From an uncultured Fidelibacterota bacterium (GTDB lineage: Bacteria; Fidelibacterota; Marinisomatia; Marinisomatales; UBA1611), in contig CAJWHW010000029.1 in assembly GCA_913040915.1 (NCBI GenBank), forward strand, positions 1-23,394: 23,394 bases of DNA. Reading direction: 5' to 3'. Shown piece after piece: positions 8,683 to 17,607 of this stretch; the first letter of the stretch is position 1, and the number at the start of each line of letters is the position of its first letter. The translations under genes were made by a program, and so were the position numbers. Below the pieces are notes generated by a model, which saw only the letters and a program-made list of their open reading frames with translations, did no database searches and was not told the origin of the DNA.

Positions 8683-11064
8683 ATGGTTGATAAACTAACT
8701 GAAAAAGAAATAGAAAATTTCAATATTGGAGATTCTAATGAATATCCAGTAATGCCACTTAGAAATACGGTACTGTTTCCGCAACAGGTGATTCCAATAT
8801 ACATTGGTCGTGAACGTAGTCTAAAATTGGTAAATGACTTAGATCCAAACAGAAGATATATTGTAGTTGTGGCCCAGGAAGATGGTTCAATTGAAGAGCC
8901 CAGTCCCGAAGATCTCTATGCTTTTGGGACATTGGCACAGGTCCTAAAAGTTTTTGATATGCCTGACAATAGTAAATCTGCGATAGTCCAGGGAATATCA
9001 AGGATAAAAATTTTGAATTTCACCGGTAACGAACCTTACTTTACTGCAGCTGTCAATTCTTTAGAAGATGAGCCTGTTGAAGACAGACTTGAAGTGGAAG
9101 CATTAGCAAAAAATTTAAGGCAATCTTTCGAAGATCTGATGAAGGTAGCACCAAACTTGACTGAAGAACATTCGGGGATGCTGAAAAATATTCAGAAACC
9201 CAATCGGTTAACGGATCGTGCTATTTCCATTATGACAGTATCTAATCAAGAAAAGCAGGAAGTTCTTGAAGAATTGAATATCAAAAAGCGAATTGAGAAA
9301 GCGCTTACATTAATTTCGCGTGAAATTCAGCGAATTAAGCTGGGTGAAGAAATTCAAACGGAAGTTCATGATGAAATTAGCAAAACTCAGAGAGAATATT
9401 ATTTACGAGAACAAATGAAAGCCATAAAAAAAGAATTGGGTGAAGATGAAAGTTCCGTAGAATTAAAAGATTTAGAGGATAAAATCAAAGCGGCAAAGAT
9501 GAATGAAGAAGCTGAAAAAGTTGCTATGAAAGAGTTAGATCGTCTTTCCCGAATACCAACTCAATCTCCTGAATATAATGTTTCAAGAACTTACATTGAA
9601 TGGTTAGCTGATTTGCCTTGGAGTGATTCCACGGAAGACCGAATTGACTTGAAGGAAGCACTAAAAATATTGGATGAAGATCACTATGGACTGGATAAGG
9701 TTAAAGAAAGAATAATTGAATACTTAGCAGTTCGCAACTTAAAACAAAAGAAAAACCCTGATGGAAGAGTACGTGGACCCATTCTTTGTTTTGGGGGACC
9801 TCCAGGTGTAGGTAAAACATCATTAGGAAAATCTATTGCCCGCGCGATGGGGCGTAAATTTGTTCGTTTCTCTTTAGGTGGTGTTCGGGATGAAGCTGAA
9901 ATTCGTGGCCATCGTAGAACCTATATTGGCGCTCTACCAGGCCGTGTGATTCAGAGCATAAAAAAAGCGGGTAAGAATAACCCTGTATTTATGTTAGATG
10001 AGATTGATAAATTAGGATCGGATTTTCGAGGAGACCCATCATCAGCTTTATTGGAAGTGCTGGATCCAGAGCAAAACCATTCTTTCAGTGACCATTATTT
10101 AGAAGTCGATTTTGACCTTAGTAACGTTATGTTTATTGCAACTGCAAATTATCAAGATGCAATTCCACCAGCATTAAGAGACAGGATGGAAATACTAGAT
10201 TTCTCGGGTTATATTGAAGATGAAAAAGTTCAAATTGCAAAACGACATATTCTTCCAAAACAAATTGAAGAAAATGGGTTAACAAGAGAAGACGTTTCTT
10301 TCGATATAAATTCTATTAAAGAGCTAATAAGATCTTATACAAGAGAAGCAGGGGTTCGAAACCTTGAAAGAGAAGTTGCTAACGTACTAAGGAAAGTTGC
10401 CCGGGAATTAGTAGAAAAAAAATCTAAAAAAATAAAAATAATCAAATCAAAAGTAAGCGAATTCTTGGGAGCACCACGGTTTCACTCTGAACTTGCTGAA
10501 AGAGCAACAAAACCAGGAGTGGTAACTGGACTAGCGTGGACAGCAGCAGGTGGTGATATTCTCTTTGTAGAGTCCACACGAATGAAAGGAAAGGGACAAT
10601 TAACACTTACAGGACAATTGGGTGATGTAATGAAGGAATCTGCCACAGCCGGTTTAACTTTTGTTCGTGCGAATGCAGAAGAATTTGGAATTGACTCAGA
10701 TTTTAATGAAAAGTCTGATGTACATGTCCATGTTCCCGCAGGTGCTATCCCAAAAGATGGCCCATCTGCAGGTGTAAGTATGGTAACATCCCTTGTATCA
10801 TTATTGACAAATATTCCTGTAAAAGAGAAAGTTGCAATGACAGGTGAAATTACTTTGAGAGGAAATGTACTTCCAATTGGTGGGGTAAAAGAAAAAGTCA
10901 CTGCTGCTCATCGATCAGGGATAAAAGAGGTCATTCTCCCAGATCTTAATCGTAAAGACCTTGAAGATGTTCCAGAACATGTAGCCAAAGATCTAAAATT
11001 CCACTTTGCGAAGGATATTAAAGATGTTTTGAAAGTTGCTGTACCTGGTCTGACAAAAAATTGA
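8683..11064 (+). CDS. lon: ATP-dependent protease La (LonA)
   Basis: N-domain PLRNTVLFP, Walker A GPPGVGKT, RGHRRTYIGA, Walker B MLDEIDK, catalytic PKDGPSAG and IGGVKEK. Confidence 0.98.
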   Translation: MVDKLTEKEIENFNIGDSNEYPVMPLRNTVLFPQQVIPIYIGRERSLKLVNDLDPNRRYIVVVAQEDGSIEEPSPEDLYAFGTLAQVLKVFDMPDNSKSAIVQGISRIKILNFTGNEPYFTAAVNSLEDEPVEDRLEVEALAKNLRQSFEDLMKVAPNLTEEHSGMLKNIQKPNRLTDRAISIMTVSNQEKQEVLEELNIKKRIEKALTLISREIQRIKLGEEIQTEVHDEISKTQREYYLREQMKAIKKELGEDESSVELKDLEDKIKAAKMNEEAEKVAMKELDRLSRIPTQSPEYNVSRTYIEWLADLPWSDSTEDRIDLKEALKILDEDHYGLDKVKERIIEYLAVRNLKQKKNPDGRVRGPILCFGGPPGVGKTSLGKSIARAMGRKFVRFSLGGVRDEAEIRGHRRTYIGALPGRVIQSIKKAGKNNPVFMLDEIDKLGSDFRGDPSSALLEVLDPEQNHSFSDHYLEVDFDLSNVMFIATANYQDAIPPALRDRMEILDFSGYIEDEKVQIAKRHILPKQIEENGLTREDVSFDINSIKELIRSYTREAGVRNLEREVANVLRKVARELVEKKSKKIKIIKSKVSEFLGAPRFHSELAERATKPGVVTGLAWTAAGGDILFVESTRMKGKGQLTLTGQLGDVMKESATAGLTFVRANAEEFGIDSDFNEKSDVHVHVPAGAIPKDGPSAGVSMVTSLVSLLTNIPVKEKVAMTGEITLRGNVLPIGGVKEKVTAAHRSGIKEVILPDLNRKDLEDVPEHVAKDLKFHFAKDIKDVLKVAVPGLTKN

Positions 11065-11117
11065 AATAAACATAAGTAAACAAAGAAGAAATAATTAATT
11101 TTTCTAAGTAAAATTGA

Positions 11118-11191
11118 GGGCGATTAGCTCAGTTGGTTAGAGCACTGCGTTTACACCGCAGGTGTCGGGAGTTCGAATCTCTCATCGCCCA
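11118..11191 (+). tRNA. tRNA-Val (anticodon TAC); CCA not encoded
   Basis: Acceptor stem GGGCGAT/ATCGCCC plus A discriminator; D arm GCTCAGTTGGTTAGAGC; anticodon arm CTGCG-TTTACAC-CGCAG; T arm GGGAG-TTCGAAT-CTCTC. Confidence 0.97.
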
Positions 11192-11355
11192 CTTACTTTT
11201 AAAAACAATCCAAATATTAGACCCCACATCTCTTTATCATTACTTTGAATATATTTGCAATTTGAGTTTAAAGATTTACAGTCCATATTTATACTTTTAT
11301 CAGAAGGATAAATAGAGCAATTTCTTATCAGAATTAAGAAAAATAATTATAATAA

Positions 11356-11790
11356 ATGTTGGTATTCTATTTTTCCTGGCTAATGCTGATTATTCCAGCG
11401 TATGCCCAAACAATTCAAACTATAGATAAATTTCACGATGATGGTTTACCCCAAATAATCCTTCATTTTACAGAAAAAAATAACAAATTAGAATTGACTC
11501 AGAAAACATATTACCATAGTAATGGTCAAAAGAAAAAAGAAGGTACCTATTTTAATGGCAGTAGGGATGGAAAATGGACAGAGTGGAGAGATGATGGAAC
11601 ACGTCTGGAAGAATGCTTTTATGAAAATGGAGAAAAGCATGGTATTTGGATACACTGGGGGAAGAAAGGTAAAAAATTGAGAGAGGGACAATATGTACGA
11701 GGTGAAAAAGATGGTGTTTGGACTAAATATACACCCAATGGTTTTAAAGTTTCAGAGAAAGTCTACGAATATGGAGTAGAAGTTGACTGA
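11356..11790 (+). CDS. Exported MORN-variant repeat protein (YwqK-like repeats)
   Basis: Signal peptide ending AYA|Q; three to four repeats of the type EGTYFNGSRDGKWTEW / YENGEKHGIWIHW / EGQYVRGEKDGVWTKY. Confidence 0.85.
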   Translation: MLVFYFSWLMLIIPAYAQTIQTIDKFHDDGLPQIILHFTEKNNKLELTQKTYYHSNGQKKKEGTYFNGSRDGKWTEWRDDGTRLEECFYENGEKHGIWIHWGKKGKKLREGQYVRGEKDGVWTKYTPNGFKVSEKVYEYGVEVD

Positions 11791-11838
11791 TCCAATTTTT
11801 GGAAAAGCAAGAATTAGGTAAAAATAGAAAAAGTTTTC

Positions 11839-13086
11839 ATGGAAAATAAATTAATGCATAAATCAAAATTGAGTAAAAAAGTACTAAGCTTCCTTATATG
11901 GCTATCATGTTTATTCTCTCAAATCCAACTCGATGTTAATTGGACACCATATGTTACATATTATTTAAGCATGGTGGATATCAACACTGGTGAGTCAAAT
12001 ATGCCAATATTTTTGGCAGAACTTCGGCGTGAATCCATTGCTCTAGATTCAGTAGATGTTGATATAGAATTCGAGATAATTATAGATTCTGATGCTTTAG
12101 GTGTAGACAATGAAACACTTGTTAAAGTCGAGACAACTAAACCTATCATTCTAACTGCTCCTATCCATCTTTCCAATATGGATTTGAATTTAACTACTGA
12201 TAAAATTTTTGATGATTATGGAAATCCTGTGGATTTACATTTGGATATCACGGAACAACTAGATATGGAACAAGCTGACCAAATGTTCAGCGCTATTGTT
12301 CAAACTGGTCAGCTTCCAGATGGTATTTATACATTCAGAGTTGTGGCAACCCCTGAAAATGGTACACCAATTGAAAGTGTTGATATATTACATATTTCGA
12401 ATCCTTCTATGCTTCAGCTTATTTCTCCTGGTGGAATTCTAGCTGATACAACAATTAATGAGGTTTATACTTCTTTTCCTGTTTTTCAATGGGAATCGGA
12501 TCCATGTAACTATATAGATCCCATTACAGGAGAAAGTGGGTGTGAATTTTTTATCCGAGTGGCAGAGTTTAACTCTAAAGAGCATTCGTCAATGGATCAA
12601 GCAATTGAATCAGTAACTCGCTTACCACTAGATCAATCATTAGGATTTACTCGTGCAGGATTTGGAGTTACTACTTTTCAATATCCTACAGATGCTGGAG
12701 ATCTAGAGGCTGGTAAAATATATGTTTGGCAAGTTAAAAAAGATATTGTAACTACTTCTGGAACAGAACAATTATTTAGTGAAATTATGGCTTTCAAGGT
12801 AAAGGATTTTACATCAACAGACGGCCAAAATGAGAATCCAGAAGACACAAGCCCTGCAGGAATAGTTTTACAGTCTTTGATTGGGGATGATCTAACTCAA
12901 CAATATTTTGGCCAAGGTGGTTTACTTGAAGGCATGATTGCTAATGGAAAAATTACTTTAAATGGTGAAAGTGTTGATGTATCCTTTATACAATCCATGG
13001 TTTCCGTAGGTATCGTTTCAGAAGATGTAAATGGCAATGAAACTTATCGTACTATGGAGGTGATTTCTGTGGAGGTGGTAGAATGA
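11839..13086 (+). CDS. Exported acidic protein with probable Ig/FN3-like beta-sandwich domains (true start possibly Met6 at 11854)
   Basis: Signal peptide ending LFS|Q; motifs GQLPDGIYTF, LQLISPG...PVFQW, FQYP...LEAGKIYVWQV, SEIMAF. From memory these resemble TANFOR-like Bacteroidota proteins. Confidence 0.75.
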   Translation: MENKLMHKSKLSKKVLSFLIWLSCLFSQIQLDVNWTPYVTYYLSMVDINTGESNMPIFLAELRRESIALDSVDVDIEFEIIIDSDALGVDNETLVKVETTKPIILTAPIHLSNMDLNLTTDKIFDDYGNPVDLHLDITEQLDMEQADQMFSAIVQTGQLPDGIYTFRVVATPENGTPIESVDILHISNPSMLQLISPGGILADTTINEVYTSFPVFQWESDPCNYIDPITGESGCEFFIRVAEFNSKEHSSMDQAIESVTRLPLDQSLGFTRAGFGVTTFQYPTDAGDLEAGKIYVWQVKKDIVTTSGTEQLFSEIMAFKVKDFTSTDGQNENPEDTSPAGIVLQSLIGDDLTQQYFGQGGLLEGMIANGKITLNGESVDVSFIQSMVSVGIVSEDVNGNETYRTMEVISVEVVE

Positions 13087-13754
13087 AATATTTCATCTTA
13101 ATTTGTCTTTTAATCAATAACTGGTTATCAGCAGCAGATAAAATTGCTCTTGCCATTAAGATAAAGGGAAAAGTATCAGTAATAGCTAAAGGTGATATAC
13201 AGAAATCTCCCTTAACACCTGGTAAACCTCTTAAAGATCAGGACCAAATTCTTGTTGGTAAGGGAGGTTTTGCTGCAATTATGTATCTGGATGATAAAAC
13301 AGTAGTAAAATTGTTGGGAAATTCAGATTTAACAATCGCCGGTAATCGAACCAAAGATAGAATTAATAAATCTTTAGATATTAAATACGGAAAAATCGCA
13401 GCTGATATTTCACCCCAAAAAGAAAATGAATTTCGTATTGCAACACCTACCTCAGTTGCTTCAGTAAAAGGTACAGAATTAACAATTGCATCAGACCCTG
13501 CAAACGGTGATTCTTTTACCCTACTCGAGGGTTTGATCGAAGTAACTAACACTATCACAGGTGAAACAACAGAGGTTCAACAGGGCGAAACAGCTGTCTC
13601 AACTCCCGAAGGATCTTTAGATGTGCGCGAGACCACCACAGAAGATATGGCAGGTTTTGAAGAAGCGGATGTTGGAAATCCAACTCAGGAATTACGATTT
13701 GAGTTAGAAGATAAAGATGGAAACATCAAAGAAATAATCATTCAATTCCAATAG
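13083..13754 (+). CDS. Exported FecR-fold (FecR domain) protein
   Basis: Signal peptide; G-x-V...DQILVG...MYLDDKTVVKL...NSDL...FRIATPTSVASVKGTE...LLEGLIEV FecR pattern. ATGA overlap with the upstream gene; acidic tail. Confidence 0.85.
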   Translation: MKYFILICLLINNWLSAADKIALAIKIKGKVSVIAKGDIQKSPLTPGKPLKDQDQILVGKGGFAAIMYLDDKTVVKLLGNSDLTIAGNRTKDRINKSLDIKYGKIAADISPQKENEFRIATPTSVASVKGTELTIASDPANGDSFTLLEGLIEVTNTITGETTEVQQGETAVSTPEGSLDVRETTTEDMAGFEEADVGNPTQELRFELEDKDGNIKEIIIQFQ

Positions 13755-13764
13755 AAAGATAATA

Positions 13765-15999
13765 ATGAAAAATTTTATTCTCCCTTTAATCATTCTGATG
13801 AGTATTGATTTTGCTCAGTCAGATATTTTAATTATGAATCCCGAGCCCAATTCAGAACTCTCTGGAAAAGATATTTTGATTGCTGTATCAATATTTGGAA
13901 TGAGTGACATAAATCCAGATAATATTCAATTAATTTTAGATAGTGAAGATATCACTGACCTGGCATATATTGATGATGATATGGTTAGCTGTCTGCTCGA
14001 GGAAATAGATCCTGGAGAACATCAGGTTCAAATTATTTTAGGCAGACAGGGCCAGAAAAGTTGGTCTTTTACAACAACATTAGGTGAGCCGCTGGTAAAT
14101 TATTCGGGTAGGATTAGAACCAGTAGTAGTATGGACCAAATTGATGAGCATACATTAAATATCAGTCAACTTTTACTGGATTTTCAAGGCACGGCTTATG
14201 AATGGTTAAAGTTTAAAACAAACCTGAAACTCACAACTCAAGAGAATGTATTATACCAGCCTCGCAATGTGTATGGCTTAGAGTTTGCATTAAAAGATTA
14301 TGCAACAATTACTATCGGTGATTCAAATCCTAGACTATCTTATTTCACAATGAATGGCAAGAGGATCAGGGGTTTAAATGCTCAATTTAAATTAGGCTGG
14401 TTCAATCTTGAGCTTGTAAAAGGTGAAATTAATCGAGCCATTCAAGGTGATTTACAAAATGCTTATAAAGCCAGTATTGATACAGATGAGGATGGAACGA
14501 AATTTTTATTATTAAATCGAACTGGCTATACTTTTTCCCAGAATACAACATCGGCTAGATTGGCTATCGGTCGTGGTGAAAAATTCCAATGGGGCATCAA
14601 TTTTTTAAAAGCCCGAGATGATACATCAAGTGTTAGGGGGGAATTGAATGATGCTACAATCATTTATACACCGGAACCAAGCGGTTCTATAACTGGATTA
14701 GATTCAGGCACTGTTTATACAATAGGTGAATTAGGGACAAAAGCACTGGTGTCAAATGGAAAAGATTGGGCTGGTGATGGTCCAAAAGATAATCTCGTTT
14801 TTGGAACAGATCTTGGTATTTCACTCTTTAACAAAAGATTACGATTAGATGGTGAGTTAGCCTTTAGTATGACCAACACCAATATTTGGGGGGGGCCATT
14901 AACATTAGGTGCGCTAGATACTTTGATTGATGATTCTGTAGATAATAAACTATCGAGTTTTGATCTAGCTGACTTACCTGACCCTGCAGATTATAAAGAT
15001 ATTTTGATTATTAATCCTAATTTATCGCCTTTGGTTCCAATTGATATCAATGCATTAGGAGATAGTGCTACCATTGAACTTATGGATGCTGTTTTTTCTA
15101 TGCCTTCTCTTGCTTATCGTGGACGTGCTATCACCAATTTTTATGGAAATTATTTAGCATTGGAATATTCTCAGGTTGGTCCTGAATTCAATTCTTTGGC
15201 TAACCCATATTTAGTAAAAAATAAAAGAGAATTTTCCATTTCCGATAAATTGAAATTACTCCAGAATCGTCTTATGTTAACAGTTGGCTATAAATACCAG
15301 GATGATGATATCTTGACGACAGTTGAAAATGTGAAAACACAAAAGACAATGTCTTTTGGATTAAATGCGTTACCTGGCCCCGGGCTCCCTACAGTGAATT
15401 TTACATACCGATCTATCAACAGAGAAAATGGAATAAATGAATTACTATATTTAACAGATACAACTTATACTGACAATCGGGAAAATACAAAAGCTAGTAA
15501 TATGGTTTTTAATATAAATCACCGTTTTTCTTTTATCTGGTCCCATGCTTTAAGTGGTACAGTTGTTATAGTAAATAAAGAAGATAAATTCAAAGATAGA
15601 GATGAAAACTATGTTGATCCTGCTATGGCTACTAATGTTTTCAATATTACACTTTCCACTCTATATGGTAATTCATTAAAAACAACATTCAACCTGACAA
15701 CCAACTCAAGTGAATTAAGTACTGGACCAGGAATCCGAGGAATTCAGGATTTTACTACTACGAATTTTGATACAGAATATCCTCTCTTTAATAATAAGAT
15801 TTTAGCAAAGGGCGGGCTAAATTATGCTAAAGGATCTGGCCTAGTAGATATGTCATGGATTGGATTAAAAACAGGGATACGTTGGAAAATCATGGATGAT
15901 TTAAGGCTCAATACCCAGGCGGAATTTCGTTCTAAAGAAACATCAGGAAATAAGAAAAATACTTTCATTGCTAGGGCAAATTTAGAATACGCATTTTGA
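13765..15999 (+). CDS. Large outer-membrane beta-barrel protein with an N-terminal Ig-like domain
   Basis: Signal peptide ending DFA|Q; about 90-aa Ig-like segment (NPEPNS...PGEHQVQI...WSFTT); many amphipathic strands; GKRIRG and VGPEFNSLANPYL motifs; C-terminal BAM signal ANLEYAF. Confidence 0.75.
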   Translation: MKNFILPLIILMSIDFAQSDILIMNPEPNSELSGKDILIAVSIFGMSDINPDNIQLILDSEDITDLAYIDDDMVSCLLEEIDPGEHQVQIILGRQGQKSWSFTTTLGEPLVNYSGRIRTSSSMDQIDEHTLNISQLLLDFQGTAYEWLKFKTNLKLTTQENVLYQPRNVYGLEFALKDYATITIGDSNPRLSYFTMNGKRIRGLNAQFKLGWFNLELVKGEINRAIQGDLQNAYKASIDTDEDGTKFLLLNRTGYTFSQNTTSARLAIGRGEKFQWGINFLKARDDTSSVRGELNDATIIYTPEPSGSITGLDSGTVYTIGELGTKALVSNGKDWAGDGPKDNLVFGTDLGISLFNKRLRLDGELAFSMTNTNIWGGPLTLGALDTLIDDSVDNKLSSFDLADLPDPADYKDILIINPNLSPLVPIDINALGDSATIELMDAVFSMPSLAYRGRAITNFYGNYLALEYSQVGPEFNSLANPYLVKNKREFSISDKLKLLQNRLMLTVGYKYQDDDILTTVENVKTQKTMSFGLNALPGPGLPTVNFTYRSINRENGINELLYLTDTTYTDNRENTKASNMVFNINHRFSFIWSHALSGTVVIVNKEDKFKDRDENYVDPAMATNVFNITLSTLYGNSLKTTFNLTTNSSELSTGPGIRGIQDFTTTNFDTEYPLFNNKILAKGGLNYAKGSGLVDMSWIGLKTGIRWKIMDDLRLNTQAEFRSKETSGNKKNTFIARANLEYAF

Positions 16000-16044
16000 T
16001 ATATTTTTTTGGATTTTCTCGAGTCAATTACATCATCCTAATTA

Positions 16045-16998
16045 ATGATTGATTCTCAAACAATCCGTAAAGCGGCCGAGCGAATACAATCTAATATTCG
16101 AGAAACACCTTTCATAAAATCCAAAGCATTTTCAGAAATAACAGATGCTGAGGTTTGGTTCAAATTAGAAAATTTGCAGGTCACTGGCTCATTCAAAGCA
16201 CGTGGAGCGGTTAATAAACTTTTATCATTAACAGAGAAGGAAAAGTTCGCAGGAGTCATTTCAGCATCAACAGGGAATCACGGCGCTGCTGTTGCCTATG
16301 CTTCTGATCAACTGAGTATAGAATGTACAATCTATACCCCTGAAGATGCTTCAGAAGCTAAATTGGAGAATATGAAACAATTTGGTGCAAGAATAATAGT
16401 ACACGGGGATGATTCTATCAAAGCAGAAGCAGAAGCGCGTAAAATTTCGTTGAAGACAGGAAAAACATATGTCTCACCATATAATGATCCCAAAGTGATA
16501 ATCGGGCAAGGTACGCTTGGTGTTGAAATAGAATCCCAATGTGATGGATTGGATACAATTATTATTGCCGTTGGAGGAGGTGGTCTTATAGGTGGCACGG
16601 CAACCTATTTAAAATCTATATGGCCGAATTTATCTGTAATGGCCTGTTCTCCTAAAAATTCTGCCGTAATGATTCATTCTTTGAAAGCTGGAAAAGTTCT
16701 GGGTTTAGAATCAAAACCTACTTTATCAGATGGTACTGCCGGAGGTGTAGAGTTGGATTCTGTAACTTTTCCTATATGCCAACATGTAATTGATGAAACC
16801 GTATTAGTAACTGAGAGACAAATAAAAGAGGCTATGATAACTTACATTAAAAAAGAACATCAGCTTTTAGAAGGTGCAGCAGGAACTGCTGTAGCGGCCC
16901 TCTTAAAAAAGAAAATTGACTTAAAAAATCAAAGAGTTGGTGTAGTGATTTGTGGTGGTAATATTGGTATAGAAACTATTCGTGAAGTATTAAACTGA
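16045..16998 (+). CDS. PLP-dependent threonine/serine dehydratase family enzyme without an ACT domain
   Basis: KLENLQVTGSFKARG (PLP Lys), STGNHG, VGGGGL, EGAA, CGGN. At 317 aa it has no regulatory domain, so it is catabolic/racemase/EutB-like rather than biosynthetic IlvA. Confidence 0.92.
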   Translation: MIDSQTIRKAAERIQSNIRETPFIKSKAFSEITDAEVWFKLENLQVTGSFKARGAVNKLLSLTEKEKFAGVISASTGNHGAAVAYASDQLSIECTIYTPEDASEAKLENMKQFGARIIVHGDDSIKAEAEARKISLKTGKTYVSPYNDPKVIIGQGTLGVEIESQCDGLDTIIIAVGGGGLIGGTATYLKSIWPNLSVMACSPKNSAVMIHSLKAGKVLGLESKPTLSDGTAGGVELDSVTFPICQHVIDETVLVTERQIKEAMITYIKKEHQLLEGAAGTAVAALLKKKIDLKNQRVGVVICGGNIGIETIREVLN

Positions 16999-17184
16999 TT
17001 CATATTACACTTACGGCTTTTAGAATATTAATTTTCATTTTTATTCAAGGATTGGTTTTTTACTAAAGAAAACAAGGAAGTAGCTCCTAGACTTTATTCA
17101 TGCCACATAAAGGAATTAGATGGAGTAAATAGTAATGGAAGTGACAAAATAATTGGTAAATTTGCAGAGATAAGTTAACAAAAA

Positions 17185-17604
17185 ATGAATATCCCAAGGT
17201 TCCATCTTGCATTTCCTGTCCACGACATCAAGTCAGCAAAAGATTTTTATAGTGGTTTTCTGGGGTGTGAATTAGGCAGAGAATCAAAAAACTGGGTGGA
17301 CTTTAATTTATTTGGTCATCAAATTGTTGCCCATTTATCACCTCAAGATTGTATAGATGCTTTTTCAAACTCTGTTGATGGTGATCAAGTACCTGTTCGT
17401 CATTTTGGAGTAATATTATCGTGGAATAAGTGGGAGAACTTTTGTGCAATGATTAATGAAAAAGAAATTCCATTCGTGATCAGGCCAAAAATACGTTTCA
17501 AGGGATTACCAGGCGAACAGGGGACATTTTTTATCCAGGACCCCAGTGGCAATATTTTGGAATTTAAATCATTTAAGAATGACATTAATGTTTTTGCTAA
17601 ATAA
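17185..17604 (+). CDS. VOC (glyoxalase / extradiol dioxygenase-like) family protein
   Basis: FHLAFPV, WVDFNLFGHQIVAH, VDGDQVPVRHFG, RFKGLPGEQGTFFIQDPSGNILEFK. Confidence 0.92.
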   Translation: MNIPRFHLAFPVHDIKSAKDFYSGFLGCELGRESKNWVDFNLFGHQIVAHLSPQDCIDAFSNSVDGDQVPVRHFGVILSWNKWENFCAMINEKEIPFVIRPKIRFKGLPGEQGTFFIQDPSGNILEFKSFKNDINVFAK

Positions 17605-17607
17605 AAT

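Noticed and set aside
11133..11315. 60-aa ORF in the track
   Set aside because: It starts inside tRNA-Val and runs into AT-rich intergenic DNA; spurious.
11296..11340. TTATCAGAA direct repeat (11297, 11325), each copy within a 6-bp hairpin
   Set aside because: Two short AT-rich copies are compatible with chance; not a CRISPR array or a supported operator.
11356..11790. Toxin-antitoxin system (YwqK label)
   Set aside because: Only generic MORN-variant repeats with a signal peptide; no adjacent toxin.
13083..13754. FecI/FecR/FecA iron-signalling cascade
   Set aside because: No ECF sigma factor, no cytoplasmic anti-sigma domain, and the barrel lacks recognisable TonB-receptor plug motifs.
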